Shown piece after piece: positions 40,226 through 52,355 of a stretch of 64,000 bases of DNA. Numbering within the stretch: the stretch's first letter is position 1; the number at the start of each line of letters is the position of its first letter. The stretch lies in NCBI GenBank assembly GCA_030141605.1, contig JAQGDQ010000171.1, positions 186,001 through 250,000 of the forward strand, given 5' to 3'. This stretch comes from Tubiluchus corallicola. Lineage: Eukaryota; Animalia; Priapulida. The translations under genes were made by a program, and so were the position numbers. The notes under the pieces are model-generated. The model ran no database searches. It saw only the letters and a program-made list of their open reading frames with translations, and had not been told where the DNA came from.

Positions 40226-40988
40226 TTAATAGGTAAGCGAAATGCTGAGTAATATAGATTTGCATGGAAAGTTTTTTTGAGGCATATTTTAACATTACCT
40301 TTTCATTGTGTCATCTGGCTTGCACAAAAATGCTGTAAAGTAATATAATTTTTGGCGATTTTTCGGAAACCAACTTCAGGTACCCCTTTTCTTGTCCTTT
40401 AATGTATTTTCAGTCATGTTATTAATTAATGACTGTTTTGTATATAATAATTATCACGGAAGTTATCCGTTAAGCACGTTGCACAATAAAACGTCCTTTC
40501 TAATATCGTTCTTGACAAGTTTCATAAAAATTTTATAGTTTTTAAAAGAAACTTCAAAGAAATTTTTTAAAGTTTTTATTAGGTTTATTTGCAGTAAACG
40601 CGAACCATGTAAAAATTAGTTCATGTTATTTAAAGTTAAAAAATTTGAAAAGAGGCTTTTTATGTGCTCAGGAGACGAACTCAAAATTTAGTTTTTCATT
40701 TCATCTCCAATTTTAGTGAAAAAACAACACTATACCTAATAACTTTGCAAATGATTTCAACTAATTGTACTAATGTATTAATTTATACAAAAGCTTTATT
40801 TACACCATTTCATGTTGCTGCCGTGCTACCGGAAAACACTTTCACTATAACGCATTGTGTTGATGAAATCAAACCTTTTTAAACCGTTGTCAGTTAAACG
40901 GTCACGCGGCTAGTTTAGAAAGACTGAGAGCTCTACAATTAGCCTGTTTCATGCTATGTGTTCTTTTTAAATCAGTATTCAAGTTTAA

Positions 40989-41661
40989 AGGACAAGAAAA
41001 GGAGTACCTGGAGTAGGTTTCTGAAAAATCGCCTTAAAAAATTATATTACTTTATAGCAATTTTATGTGTATATCTTACTCGCACTGAAAAGAATTTTAG
41101 TTTGTTTTCATTTTAAATCTCCCGTAATACTGTTCCATTACAAGACGTCATGTACCAAACGTAAATGAAGGGGAGAAAAGGCAATGTTAAATTATATCTG
41201 GAAAGACTTTCCGTGTAAGTCTATATTACTTAGATTTTCGCTTACCTGCTAGAGAGGTTTACGTAACTAGAAAAGAAAATTATTAAATATTTAAAATGTT
41301 TTCACCAATTGGTAAAATCGCTGACTCACCATACAGGGTGCACCATTCACTAACCAAAAAACCGTATTTTTAATCTCATTGACGAGATACAGTAATTTTA
41401 AATTTTATTCAGTTAGTGACTTGTGCGCTACGAATGCTCTGATTATTTTTTCAAACTTTACAAAATGTTATCTAAACTTGTTTTAAATGACCTGGTGTGA
41501 AAATGGCTGCGTCTAACGGTCATCGTGGCAGTTTAAATTTATATGTTTTATACAGCGTAACTGCCGATTGAAGTCCTGCATGCAAAAAGGCAGTATGTAA
41601 GCGATATAAAATTTCAAAACGATTTTTCAAGCTTTATGTTTATGAAGGGTTTTCTTGTGCT
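40989..41661 (+). mobile_element. Kolobok-like MITE family A, copy 5 (full length, 673 bp)
   Basis: TTAA-AGGACAAGAAAAGG ... GGGTTTTCTTGTGCT-TTAA. Confidence 0.88.
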
Positions 41662-42221
41662 TTAACTACCCTCGATATTATGACACTTCGCATGATAATA
41701 TGTACTATATCGGATTGCTGGCAACTGGCTTTACTAATGAAGAAATGAAACCAAGTGAATGTATACAATGTATTCCGTATTTGTTACTGTTATATGTTAG
41801 AATTCATTATTCAGCTAAAGTTTACTATCCCGCCACATAAAAGAAATTAGTTCGTGAAGCAGATTAAGAACTGTGTGGTTTGGTTTTTGCAAACGCAAAC
41901 CACTTGCAAGTAGAGAAGGAACTGAGAAAGAAAGGGAGGGGATGAGAAAAAGAGTATGTAAATGTAAATTGGTTTTTCATAATGCAAGTAAACACAGTAA
42001 ATATAATAATTTATAAATTCAGGTTAAAGAAGCGAACAAATACTTTTAAAAACGCCCCCAGTTTTAATTCAATCGGTGTTTCGAAAAAATGCCAACTATA
42101 ATTATATTAAACAATGTATTTTGAACAATGTTCAATTATTTGTTTTCAGACAATAAGCTATAATTATTTCGCCCATTGCTTATTCTTTAAATAATTGAAA
42201 TGAAATCGTCATGTGTTCCAG

Positions 42222-42312
42222 AATCCTGGGACGTCGTACTTACCAACTGCCTGGCACATGCAGGAGATGGTCCTGACTCGAAGAGCAAAGTTCCTCTTGT
42301 TGATCAAAACGG
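42222..42312 (+). CDS. ZP gene exon: ZP-C (C5 region)
   Basis: KSWDVVLTNCLAHAGDGPDSKSKVPLVDQNG, the canonical C.A..G...L(I/V)D.NG(C) motif; donor GG|gtaagc. Confidence 0.88.
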
Positions 42313-42949
42313 GTAAGCTTGACATACAATACCAAGGCTATGCGCTAGCAAATACTATACTCCAGCTAAAATACTTTTTTGCTCCTAAAAGTTTCCTACA
42401 GTTTACGAATTGGAACACCTTGTATTACAATTACAATGCAAATGGAAAGTTATTAAATTTTCAGTGTCAAAGTAAAGTAAGCTATAAAGCTACAAAGTGT
42501 TATCAAAATAGCCTACAATAATTACACATAGCAATCAGTGTACTTTTGAATCTCAATGGTATTAAAGATTTTATCATTTGATTTCTAATAATAGAAATAT
42601 CAATTACTAACATTAATAACTGTATCAATAATTAATTAGCTAATAATAAATGGTTTTTCTAGCGCTCAGAAAAAATTTGAGCGAGTTGGAGACACAAATG
42701 TGGTGTGTTGCTCGTAAAGAACAGTGTTGTGTCAATTTCCTACTAGACTTGCTAAACATATAAGACGTACTGTCTTTTACTAATATGTACACACAAGTGA
42801 AACTATCAATTAAACGAAGTTCCCCAACACTATCACTTTTGTTGCTTGTTTGTGGGACTATAAAGTTCATATTAGTACCTAGAGCTTCTTTAATTTTGCC
42901 TTGAATCCGCAGTTTCTGCTCTATCCGTTTCTTCATATTTCTTAATCTC

Positions 42950-44680
42950 TCACCACAACATTTCTGTTGAAGGTTTCGCAAGATCTTTAGTATCAGACGT
43001 CAATGATTGATCAACATTTTTGTCTATACTTAGCTGGCTATCTCGAGGTGTAGTACTTGCAGATGTCCTTTCTAATAACAACAGTCGTATATATTGTTGA
43101 GCACAAAGTCCCTCTTTCGTGTGTTGTATAACGTCATTTACTCGACGTGAAACGAATAATTGTGCAAATACTGTACGAACCTCGGCATTAGTTTCACCCA
43201 AAAGCAACGCACAGAGTACATCCACTTTAGCCCCCGTCTTGTCCTGAATAATAAATCTAACTTTGCTTCTCATCATATATAACATACCGTCTAATGGGTT
43301 CAGTTCAACAGCTATTGATAATCTTTCTTCCGCCATGTAAAATTTTTTCTTTTCAACATTCTTTTGCGCAAATTCGGCAAGTACAGCTGCAGTTCGCTTC
43401 CTGGTGCAGGTATCGGTCTGATCTAATTCTAAAGCTTGTTCGTAATCTGATAATGCCGAACTGAGATCACCTGTCTTATAGAAACAGTCTCCCCTGTTAA
43501 TATACAATCCTTTTTCATTTCTGTTCATATTTATGGCTCGATTTAATAAAATTATAGCTTCATCATATGCTCCTGCGGCAAAGCATTCCATTGCACAATT
43601 ATTGTAGGCTACCAGCAATAGACGCAATATTTCTGGACAATCTTTGTCAGAACGAGAGAGAGCAGTTTCAAAATCACGTACAGCGGCTTCATATTTGCTT
43701 TGTTCAGCTAGTAATTGTCCCCGTAATACGTAATAACTGTTATCTACTGGATTGAAGCACATAGCACTGGTGATGCTAACAATGGCTTCCCAAACTCTGC
43801 CTTCAAGGTCAAACGAAATGGCTTCTTTCTTCATTTCGTTCGCATGCTCCAGCAGTGCGTTTAGCAGTTCCACGCCCGCCGGATGACTTTCTTGCATTTG
43901 TATAGCTTTTGTTGTATCATAATAGGCAGCTGTGTTCTCATTTAGTAAGCATTGCAGTCTTGCTCTAAGAACTAACCAGTCAGCTGTCATTCCTTTTTCT
44001 TCTATCCTTTTATTCACGCACTCAACACATTCACTGTTTCTTCCCAACACTGCGAGGCAAGGCAGTCTTTTATTCTTATAAGCTTCACACGATGGATTTA
44101 ATTTCGTCGCTTCGTCAAAATGCTTCAAAGCGTCTACGTAAAGCAAATCATCAAAAAGTGTCTGTCCGTAGAAGTAGTGAAGGTATGCTAGACGACACCT
44201 GTACTGCTCAGAGTCTCTGTCAATCGTGCAAATCTTCTGATAATTAACAATAGCAGATTTGATGTCTGTTAGCCGAAATAAGGTTTCCGCTCGCTGTAAG
44301 TAAAATTTTGTGACTCCAGGCTGAAGATTGATGGCTTTGTCAAAACATATTTTCGCCTCTTCGTATAGACCAGTTTTGAAGTGAGTCATGCCAGTTTCGT
44401 AATATTCCGTAACACTTTTTTGAAGAATAATATTCAGCGTGTCTGCTGTTTGCTGTTCATCACCTTCAGTTCTAAAAGATTTCCATTCGCTCAAATCTTG
44501 CTTTTCGGGTTTTGGTGCAAGCCAAAGTTCATCTACAGAAGATCTGTAACGCTTTTCAACAGTAATATTCGAAATGCGGTTGATAATTGTCTCTAATCTT
44601 TCTCTGTTTTCATAACTAATTTCAACTCCTTCTAAAATTGTCGTCGGGTCAAACTCGTCGAAACTGTTGTTGTTATCCAT
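42950..44680 (-). CDS. TTC16: Tetratricopeptide repeat protein 16-like, intronless, nested antisense in the ZP gene intron
   Basis: 576 aa ORF with multiple TPRs. RLAYLHYFYGQTLFD, LLLVAYNNCAMECF..GAYDEAIILLNRAI and EKGLYINRGDCFY match my recollection of TTC16 (e.g. EKGLYINRGDCF). Confidence 0.88.
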   Translation of the reverse strand: MDNNNSFDEFDPTTILEGVEISYENRERLETIINRISNITVEKRYRSSVDELWLAPKPEKQDLSEWKSFRTEGDEQQTADTLNIILQKSVTEYYETGMTHFKTGLYEEAKICFDKAINLQPGVTKFYLQRAETLFRLTDIKSAIVNYQKICTIDRDSEQYRCRLAYLHYFYGQTLFDDLLYVDALKHFDEATKLNPSCEAYKNKRLPCLAVLGRNSECVECVNKRIEEKGMTADWLVLRARLQCLLNENTAAYYDTTKAIQMQESHPAGVELLNALLEHANEMKKEAISFDLEGRVWEAIVSITSAMCFNPVDNSYYVLRGQLLAEQSKYEAAVRDFETALSRSDKDCPEILRLLLVAYNNCAMECFAAGAYDEAIILLNRAINMNRNEKGLYINRGDCFYKTGDLSSALSDYEQALELDQTDTCTRKRTAAVLAEFAQKNVEKKKFYMAEERLSIAVELNPLDGMLYMMRSKVRFIIQDKTGAKVDVLCALLLGETNAEVRTVFAQLFVSRRVNDVIQHTKEGLCAQQYIRLLLLERTSASTTPRDSQLSIDKNVDQSLTSDTKDLAKPSTEMLW

Positions 44681-45229
44681 TCAATGTTTGATCGTAACTG
44701 TAGCGCATCGGTTATAAACTATACCATTCAATGTGGCGTATTGTGCTAAGATGTTGTAAAATATGCAAAACAAGTTTGAGAAAACTCGAGTGTTTTATTT
44801 TGAAAGTAATGCAACTGAAATGTAATGGCACTAGATGCATTCGCCAGCATAATATGAACTAGCATTCACGTTATATACCGTATTAAACACCACTACAATG
44901 GGTTTTTAGTGTACACAATGACGTTACCTTACTATTACTGTTTCGTTTTTGCATACAATTGGAACGACATCATGCATTGTCAGCTGGTTTGGAAAATTAA
45001 GTCTGCAGCTGTTAATTGATGATGTCACTTTCCAATTAGAATGTTTTTAGTGTTAATGTATGCAGAAAAAATTAAACAGAACCAATAAGCCTTTTTACAG
45101 TTCCAGCGGTTGATGTTGATGATGATCGTGAAAAGGTTAAGTGCACCAGACAACGCATTTGTGTACACTTAACAACCCCTCGCAGCCCATGCTACTCTAA
45201 TAACAACAGTTTTGACAACTAGCTAGACG

Positions 45230-45693
45230 TATGTCCCAGAAAACTTTTCATGCAAAGTTATATTACTTAGCATTTCCCCATCAGCTTGAAAGACTTATGT
45301 AACCAGAAAAGAAAATTGTTAATTATTTAAAATATTTCACCCGTTGGTAGAATGTCGTTGATTCACCTCCGGAGTGCACCACTTACTGGCCAATAAACAT
45401 ATTTTTAATCTTAATTGACAAATTACAGTAAGTTAAAATTTTACTCAGTTAGTGACGTGTGCGAATTCTCTTATTATTTTTCAAACTTTACTCAGTGTTA
45501 TCTAAACTTGTTTCAAATGACTTATCGTCAAAATGGCTACGTCTAACGCCCATCGCGGGTGTTTAAATTTATATATTTTATACAGCGTTACTACCGTCGC
45601 AAGCCCTGTATGAAAAAGGCAGTATGTAAGTGGTATAAACTTTCAAAACGAATTTTTAAATTTTGTTTAAGTTGAGGGTTTTCTTGTACTCTT
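45230..45693 (+). mobile_element. Kolobok-like MITE family A, copy 6 (5'-truncated)
   Basis: Colinear with the 3' two-thirds of copy 5; ends gggttttcttgtactctttaa. Confidence 0.75.
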
Positions 45694-46689
45694 TAAGTGC
45701 CAGGCATGGCATAAACCTGTATTCTTTCCCATGTAGGTTCATATTTGTCAAAACAGCCCGAGTTATTGCTTCAATAGCTCACCCAAATGATGCTCTTTAA
45801 AGATCCACACACGCCACTATGTAGTTAGAGGACCTCTAAAAATGTGTCTAAAGGGGACACTTTGGTGTCATCGTGAAAGCAAAGTACAGTAATTTGCAAC
45901 TAGTGAAAGAGTTCAATCACTTCGTATTGTCCTGTTGTATTGGCATTTCTCTGACTAATCAGGCTCTGAGCGCGGAGTGAGCGCACCCTGTAGCAAGGCA
46001 AGTATCAAACAAACAAACATCGTTAAAGAAGCGTAATAACTAAGGATTCAAAGAAAGCTATTGCTTATTTCTTTTTCACAGCTGTAAAAGGACCCAAATT
46101 AACATTATAACTGTCATGAGCAGGTTAAAACCGGTCTCAGTGAAGTGCAATCACAGAAATTTTTGAAATTTTCTTATAGATATTAACTCTCGGACTAACA
46201 TTTTCCGGTTGTCTGAAAATGTCTCATAAATAAATTAAAATAAGTAAAAATACTAACGCAGATTTCATAAAGTGAGAACTAATAATGGTAAAACATCTTT
46301 TCGGAGTTCACTTGTATAGTTAACTAAAGTTTTACAAGATATTGTGCGCTAATTATCAATGGGTTACTGATATTGCCATTTGAAAAAAAGAATTATTTAA
46401 AAAAATTTGTACAAATATTTAAGCAGATGAACATTCTCAATTCAAACGTTTTCTGGTAAGATCAGGGACTTTTACGCTCAGTACTATTAATTAGGCCTAG
46501 ATGTAGGTAAAAATTTCCAAATTCACTTCTATCACTTTAACTTTTGGTTATCAAGCTGTTCAGTGTAGAGCTTAGGGGAAAGTCTTGTCGCATTAAAGAC
46601 TGCGCGAGATGAATGACACGGCAAAAATAAAAAAAGAAAACAGTATAAGCTTTGCCCAGTTCAAGCTAGGCTTTGTTTTTCCTTTGCAG

Positions 46690-46855
46690 ATGTCCAGTGC
46701 ATAGTAAATACGTTAGTGACATCAAGAAAGTGTTTAACGTTGAAAATTCTGGTCTGACTGCCATCTACATTCAGTTCATCGCTTTCAAATTTCCAGACAA
46801 GCCGTTCGTATACTTCGAGTGCACTGTCAACGTTTGCCACAATGAATGCGTGCTG
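46690..46855 (+). CDS. ZP gene exon: ZP-C end
   Basis: GCPVHSK...AIYIQFIAFKFPDKPFVYFECTVNVCHNECVL contains the diagnostic AFKFP...V.F.C.V..C motif; donor gtaagt. Confidence 0.92.
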
Positions 46856-46892
46856 GTAAGTTTCTCAAAATCTGTATTTAAAAAATTTTACA

Positions 46893-46926
<34 letters not shown>

Positions 46927-46932
46927 GTAGTA

Positions 46933-46982
<50 letters not shown>

Positions 46983-46983
46983 C
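46893..46983. repeat. (AAT)n microsatellite
   Basis: Direct reading. Confidence 0.9.
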
Positions 46984-47084
46984 TTTATTTAATGTCGGTT
47001 TTTGGATGAACTATTAACATAAGCTCCAAAGAGCTTTTGGACCGAGGGTAAGTAACAAACTACAACTACAGAGACTATTATTAC

Positions 47085-47195
47085 TCCACTTTTACCCTAA
47101 ATTTCACGCACCAGGCAGGGCAACAACAGGTATCATTTTTAACGTCTTTGGTGTGACCCGGCCGCTGAATCGAACTCACGACCTCCCAGACGGAA
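47085..47195 (-). mobile_element. tRNA-derived SINE fragment (second family)
   Basis: Minus strand reads ggtcgtgagttcgattc (B box), then cgggtcacaccaaagacgttaaaaatgatacc, a body motif common in animal SINEs. Confidence 0.5.
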
Positions 47196-47834
47196 AGCCT
47201 AATATGTCAGTATGAAGTCCATATCAAGGTTGCGCCCAGTATAAATGCTGGACTAGGCAGGGTGTGCTGGCGACACGTGCCATTGCTCTGTAACAACTTG
47301 AAGGCTTTCGATCTTTAGTTTTACACAGAACTGAAAATGTGTCCGTTGGTAATAATTGGGAAACATTTGAAATAGGTCATGGGTCACAATTTTCACTGGG
47401 TTACATGGGTGTGGTTCTGAAAACTGACCCACGTGACCCAGATAAATTATTGAGTAGTCATATTTTCTAAATTAACATTTGGAATTTATTACTTTAAATG
47501 AAATTTAGAATCGAAATAAAACCGCCTATAAAACTCAAAATTAATTTTGTGACTGTAGGTGGGTCGCAGGAGTAGGTAAGATTGGGTCTGGGACTGGGTC
47601 ACGTCTATAAGTTAAGTGTTTATGGATCACACTTTATGACCTATGCAGTCTTAACAAAATGAACAAAACAAGGTAAAGAGATATACTTTTGCTTTACATC
47701 GAAATTGGTTAGAAAACAAACTCTTAATGAATTTGTTCCCGGTGAATACCTTCCAAACAGTGTGTAGGGAATCGTTGCCGATCTTGTGCTGACTTAAATC
47801 TTGCTTGTCTTATTATGATTATTTTCTTTTGTAG

Positions 47835-49632
47835 CAAAAGTGCCCAGGAAAACCTAAATTCACTGACGCAAAGATCAAAAGAGCCAAGAGGGACACGGTT
47901 AAGATAATTCGCAAAAGCGACCTCCATCGTGACAACCGAGAAACAAAGGCACCAGTTGGAACAGTTTTGATAGAGACAAAAAACAACAATTTGAATAACT
48001 TAACCAATGGCCATCGAATAAGAAGTCGCATTGGTTATGGAATAAAACGTAATAGGAATAAAGCAATTGCTGGTAAAAGCAATGACGATGTCACATTGTT
48101 CATACCTGTTGTTTCTGAGATCAAAGACCCAAGTAATGATCCTTTTGTAAGGAAACCTAAATTTCGGCCTAAAAATTCTCATATGCCAAAGGAAGTAAAA
48201 TCAGAAGCTATTGATGATACCACTGACAATCAAAACAGCAATGACAGCCATGCAAAAGTGATAAACCCTTCGTCCATGCACATGTTGATATCAGAAGCTA
48301 CTGGTGATCTAGAAATCCATCCCATCAGTGATACTGCAGGAGATGATGCCAGTGATGCTCAAAATAATGAAACTGGCCTTGCGAAGATGGCAAATCAAAG
48401 ATGGCAATCAGAAGCTACTGGTGATCTAGAAATCCATCCCATCAGTAATACTGCCAGAGATGATGTCAGTGATACTCAACATAATGAAACTGGCCTTGCA
48501 AAGATGGCAAATCATTCATCCGCTTATAACAGTCAAACATCAGAAAAAGCAGAAGAATTTTCAGTGCGCAATTACGGGAAGATTGATGAAACGAAAGAAA
48601 TTGCTCAATTTGGGACGGCAGAAAAGATTGACCCTCAAAACTTCCCTATGCTAGATGAAAGGAAACTGAACGATGATGTTTCAATAAACTACTCTATTTA
48701 CAGTCCTCCAGTAAAGGATGACAAAACCATCACTTTAATAACAGCGCAGGGCGAGAAAGTTATAATGTTAAAACCTTTAACTAAAGTAACTGATATTGGA
48801 AGTGGAGGTAGCTTTTATAAAGAACAATACTTCAGTAATAGCACGGATGATGAATCAGTAGTCACAAATGAAAGAAAGAAAATATTGATGAGAGTCCAGA
48901 CACAAGCAACTGATACAGAAGCTGGTGTTCTTCTTGGCGAACCTATAATTGAATGGCCTAATGCTACGGTGACGACTGCTGAAACTTCGCTTATAACAGA
49001 TGGAAAAGTTGAGGCTCGGCTTGAACTTGTTACTACTATGTTTGACCAGCAAAATGTCACTACGCTAGTTACGCCTTCCGTTGTTGATTCCACAAGTGTT
49101 TCTGCCGCGCCAGAAAATATTCAAACAAATGACACCCAAGAAAATGATAAAGAACTTACGAATCCAGATTCATTACAGAACTTCCTTCACAGTCGTCACC
49201 CAAGGTACTTAAATAAGGGAATTGATGATATAGACAGCACACTGAATCGAGAAATTGCAGCCACTGAACTTCAGCCCGGAATTTTGCAAATCAAAAACCC
49301 CTGGGAAGTGCTAGGTCGTTCAGAAGTGAACACAAGAAACGACGCCTTGCCAGACTTCATAACTAATCAGCACACGTCGCATTTTTTTGACGAACAATGG
49401 GGGCAAGGTAGCATATCACCTGACTTAGTACCGGGCTTGGTTTCATCAGCTGGGTACCTGACTGACGGATTTGTAGAAGAAATTTCCCCATTGAACTTTG
49501 ATTCTGAAGTGCAAATAAATCTGTCCAGGAATGGCAGAAGTGCTGGTCTGTCTCAGTCAAACATTGCCGAACAGTATACGCTTTATAAAGGCGTTAAGGT
49601 TGTCCTGGCTGGTGAAGAAGAAATGTACGATG
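47835..49632 (+). CDS. ZP gene exon: last Cys, RAKR furin site, long acidic S/T/D/E/N-rich stalk, EHP-like strand
   Basis: Acceptor ttttgtag; QKCPGKPKFTDAKIKRAKRD... is in frame with ORF 47967; ends YTLYKGVKVVLAGEEEMYD G|gtaaat. Confidence 0.85.
48291..48514 (+). repeat. Coding tandem duplication, 117 bp (39 aa) x2
   Basis: SEATGDLEIHPIS(D/N)TA.DD.SD.Q.NETGLAKMAN at 48291 and 48408. Confidence 0.9.
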
Positions 49633-50475
49633 GTAAATATTGGTATAATTGATTATTTCAGTGCTAGTTTTTTGGGATTACTTATGAAAAATAATACTAC
49701 CTGTTTTCCTTTTTTGAATGAAACTCAGCACTGGAGCATGTAAAGTCAGTGTTGATTACTAAACTGTTTGCCAGCCGTCGAACATTTTTTTACTTAATTA
49801 TGAACTGATAACCCTAAAATTAATATTGAAAGTGATCACCCACCCCGTTTATTATTACGAACTGATATTTAATTACAAACTGAAACTAATTAGCCGTAAT
49901 TACTCTAATTTGAAAAAAACTAACGCTTGAAAATATTGGACTGGATCGGTCGCATGGATTGAATTAACACCTGTCTTTGTCAAACAACTTTTATGGTTAG
50001 TAGTAACGATATTGGCTTTGTAATTCAAAAATCCCCGTCTCATATCCAAGTCTTTTTCACATGCCTTCCGTTTGGTCAACTTTCATTTCAAGAAAAAAAC
50101 GATAATTTTAGATTTATTACTTCGCTTTTAATCGAAGTAATTTGATTAGGCTACTAAATACCAAGTAAACCGCATGAGTGTGAACTAAACAATAAAAATA
50201 ACAACAGTTTTGTTGCTAATAAGACGGTTCACTCAGTCTGAGCAGTCTGAAATGAGCTTTTAGTTAACAATGTGAAAACAGTCAGTTCAACTAAGGTAAG
50301 TGGTAAGTCTAATTGCTATCAAACTTTTTCCATTCTGTTTTGTTTATTTCACATTTTCGTTTCTTGATAGTTAGGAGCATATCTGCCAGATGTCTGCTAA
50401 CAGATATAACCTGCAACAACTTACGTTACAGCAAAGAAAACTTAAAGGATTACGAACATTTCCTTTTCTTTTTAG

Positions 50476-50594
50476 AAATTTTCGGATCAGCTAATAAACT
50501 TTGTTTGGGCAAAACGATTTTTCGATTGGTCACAATTTCAATGTCCATTGCTGTTTTCATCAGTGTTCTGACTTGCTGTTGCATGTTGCGAAAG
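50476..50594 (+). CDS. ZP gene exon: juxtamembrane Cys and transmembrane helix
   Basis: EIFGSANKLCLGKTIFRLVTISMSIAVFISVLTCCCMLRK. An LC....F motif before the TM is typical of protostome ZP proteins. Donor AAG|gtaaaa. Confidence 0.82.
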
Positions 50595-51559
50595 GTAAAA
50601 ATATAAAAACTTTTGCTGACCAGTTTTTCCAGGTCAGTTTTATAATATTAATAATAATAATAATAATTTTTTATTTATCTAGCAACACACGCACAGTTAT
50701 AATACAATTAATTTGGAAACAAAAATGTGAAGAAAGGGCAGCGAAAGACCAATTGGTCATCTAGTCAGCTGCCCTTTGGTTAGTCATAAACGTTATAAGC
50801 GCTATGCTACAGTGTATTAGTGTAGTACTGCTTATAATAAAAATTTAATTGTTACGAATGACATTAAATTGATATGCATATAACGTGTTAATACAATTCA
50901 TACACAGAAGTAATAAGTGCCTAGTAAAAAAAATCAAACAAGAACTGAAAATAAAAATCTGACAACGGAAACATAAACAATGGCAACTGAAATATACGTT
51001 ATAACACAAGCGTAATTCTTAGACAGTCAAAAATAAATTATCATGTAAATAATAGAACTGAGAATCTGGTTTATCTATGTATTGGTATATTGAAGTATAT
51101 TAAATTGGGCGTTAATTTTCATGCACAGGCATACAGAAGTTATAATTTACATAACAAAAAGCGTATCATGAGGGGGAAAAACAACCGGAATAAAAAATTA
51201 CATTGTAAACAATATTGTAAGTTGTGTGTTATAGTCGCGCATAAGCAAGCGAATGTTTAATGGAGTCATTAAAAAATTACAGAGCGATTTTTGATGATCT
51301 GAGGTAAAATAAATAGGCAGATAGTTAAAGCACAAAAAAATTACCTGTACGACTGAATGAGGAGATTGACAATTGGAGTCCAGACTTTGAAAATGATCTA
51401 CAGAAGTTAGACAATAAACAAATTAAATGTTGGAGTTAATTGAACCTGCTATAACAGTAACTGCTCTTGCACGCAGTTAGACAATTTATTATAGTGGGCA
51501 AAAGGAATAAAAGTTGTTGCAAAATACTGTACGCTTTATATGTAGTTAATCTCGGTTTG

Positions 51560-51955
51560 CAAGAGTTGATATTTATATAATTTACTCAAGTGACAGATAC
51601 TAGTTGATGGCTTAACATCATCTGAAAGAGTATTCCATAGATTTGTACCATTGTATTTAAAGTTCGTAGGCCTTTTGTTGTGTTAAATCTTTCCTGAAAA
51701 TAGTTTAGTTTGGTAGCTGCTCTCGTAGAATACTGGTGAACGTCACTAATCGTTCTGGAATAATTGCTGTATAATTTAGGTAGAATGCCCTTTTTATAGT
51801 TGAACATGAATTTCGCTAACTCAAGCTTATAAATTTCATTCTTTTTTAATAATTGCAAAGCATAATAAGAAGGGGTAACGTGATCGCGGAACCCAGCAAA
51901 AGTCATTGTTTTGATAATTTTGTTATGTGCTGCTGTAAGTGGTTTCAGAACAGAA
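51560..51955 (-). mobile_element. 3' fragment of a CR1/L2-group (Crack/Daphne-like) LINE ORF2
   Basis: HNKIIKTMTFAGFRDHVTPSYYALQLLK..EIYKLELAKFMFNYKKGILP...HQYSTR is the typical post-RT region of this group. Confidence 0.75.
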
Positions 51956-52355
51956 CACATATAAAGCCAAATATTTTATATATATACATATCTACATATA
52001 TACCTTTCTAGAAACAAGTATTTTAAACATTATTTGTGTAATCTTACTTTACAACAACGTAGAAGCAAAGATTATTACAGTGTATGTCTTAACTAAATTG
52101 TTAAAGAACATCATTAGCTAGGAAACTGGGCAAGCCATCTAACTGCTAGCTGGGAGCTGCATCGTACATGAATCAATTTGATCAGAGGCTCCGAGTGTGA
52201 CTGCATCTTAGCGCCATCTGTCGATCACCTTGCGAACTGTGAGTTCACTGGCCGAAATTTACATTGCTGGTTAGCCAGTATTAGTGAAGAACTATGTAAG
52301 CTCTGTTGATAACTGGCACAAGAGTACTCTAGTTTATATCTTTTCATTTTTGCAG

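Larger units (their letters stand above)
37204..40398 (-). mobile_element. Kolobok-like MITE family A, copy 4, split by a Sola3-like insertion
   Basis: TTAA-AGCACAAGAAAA at 37204 and TTTTCTTGTCCT-TTAA at 40398. The halves 37204-37520 and 40230-40398 are colinear with copy 3. Confidence 0.82.

Noticed and set aside
42150-42163. Alternative acceptor tgttttcag at 42149 for the ZP-C exon
   Set aside because: It gives an immediate stop (NNKL*). The acceptor at 42221 restores the canonical ZP-C motif.
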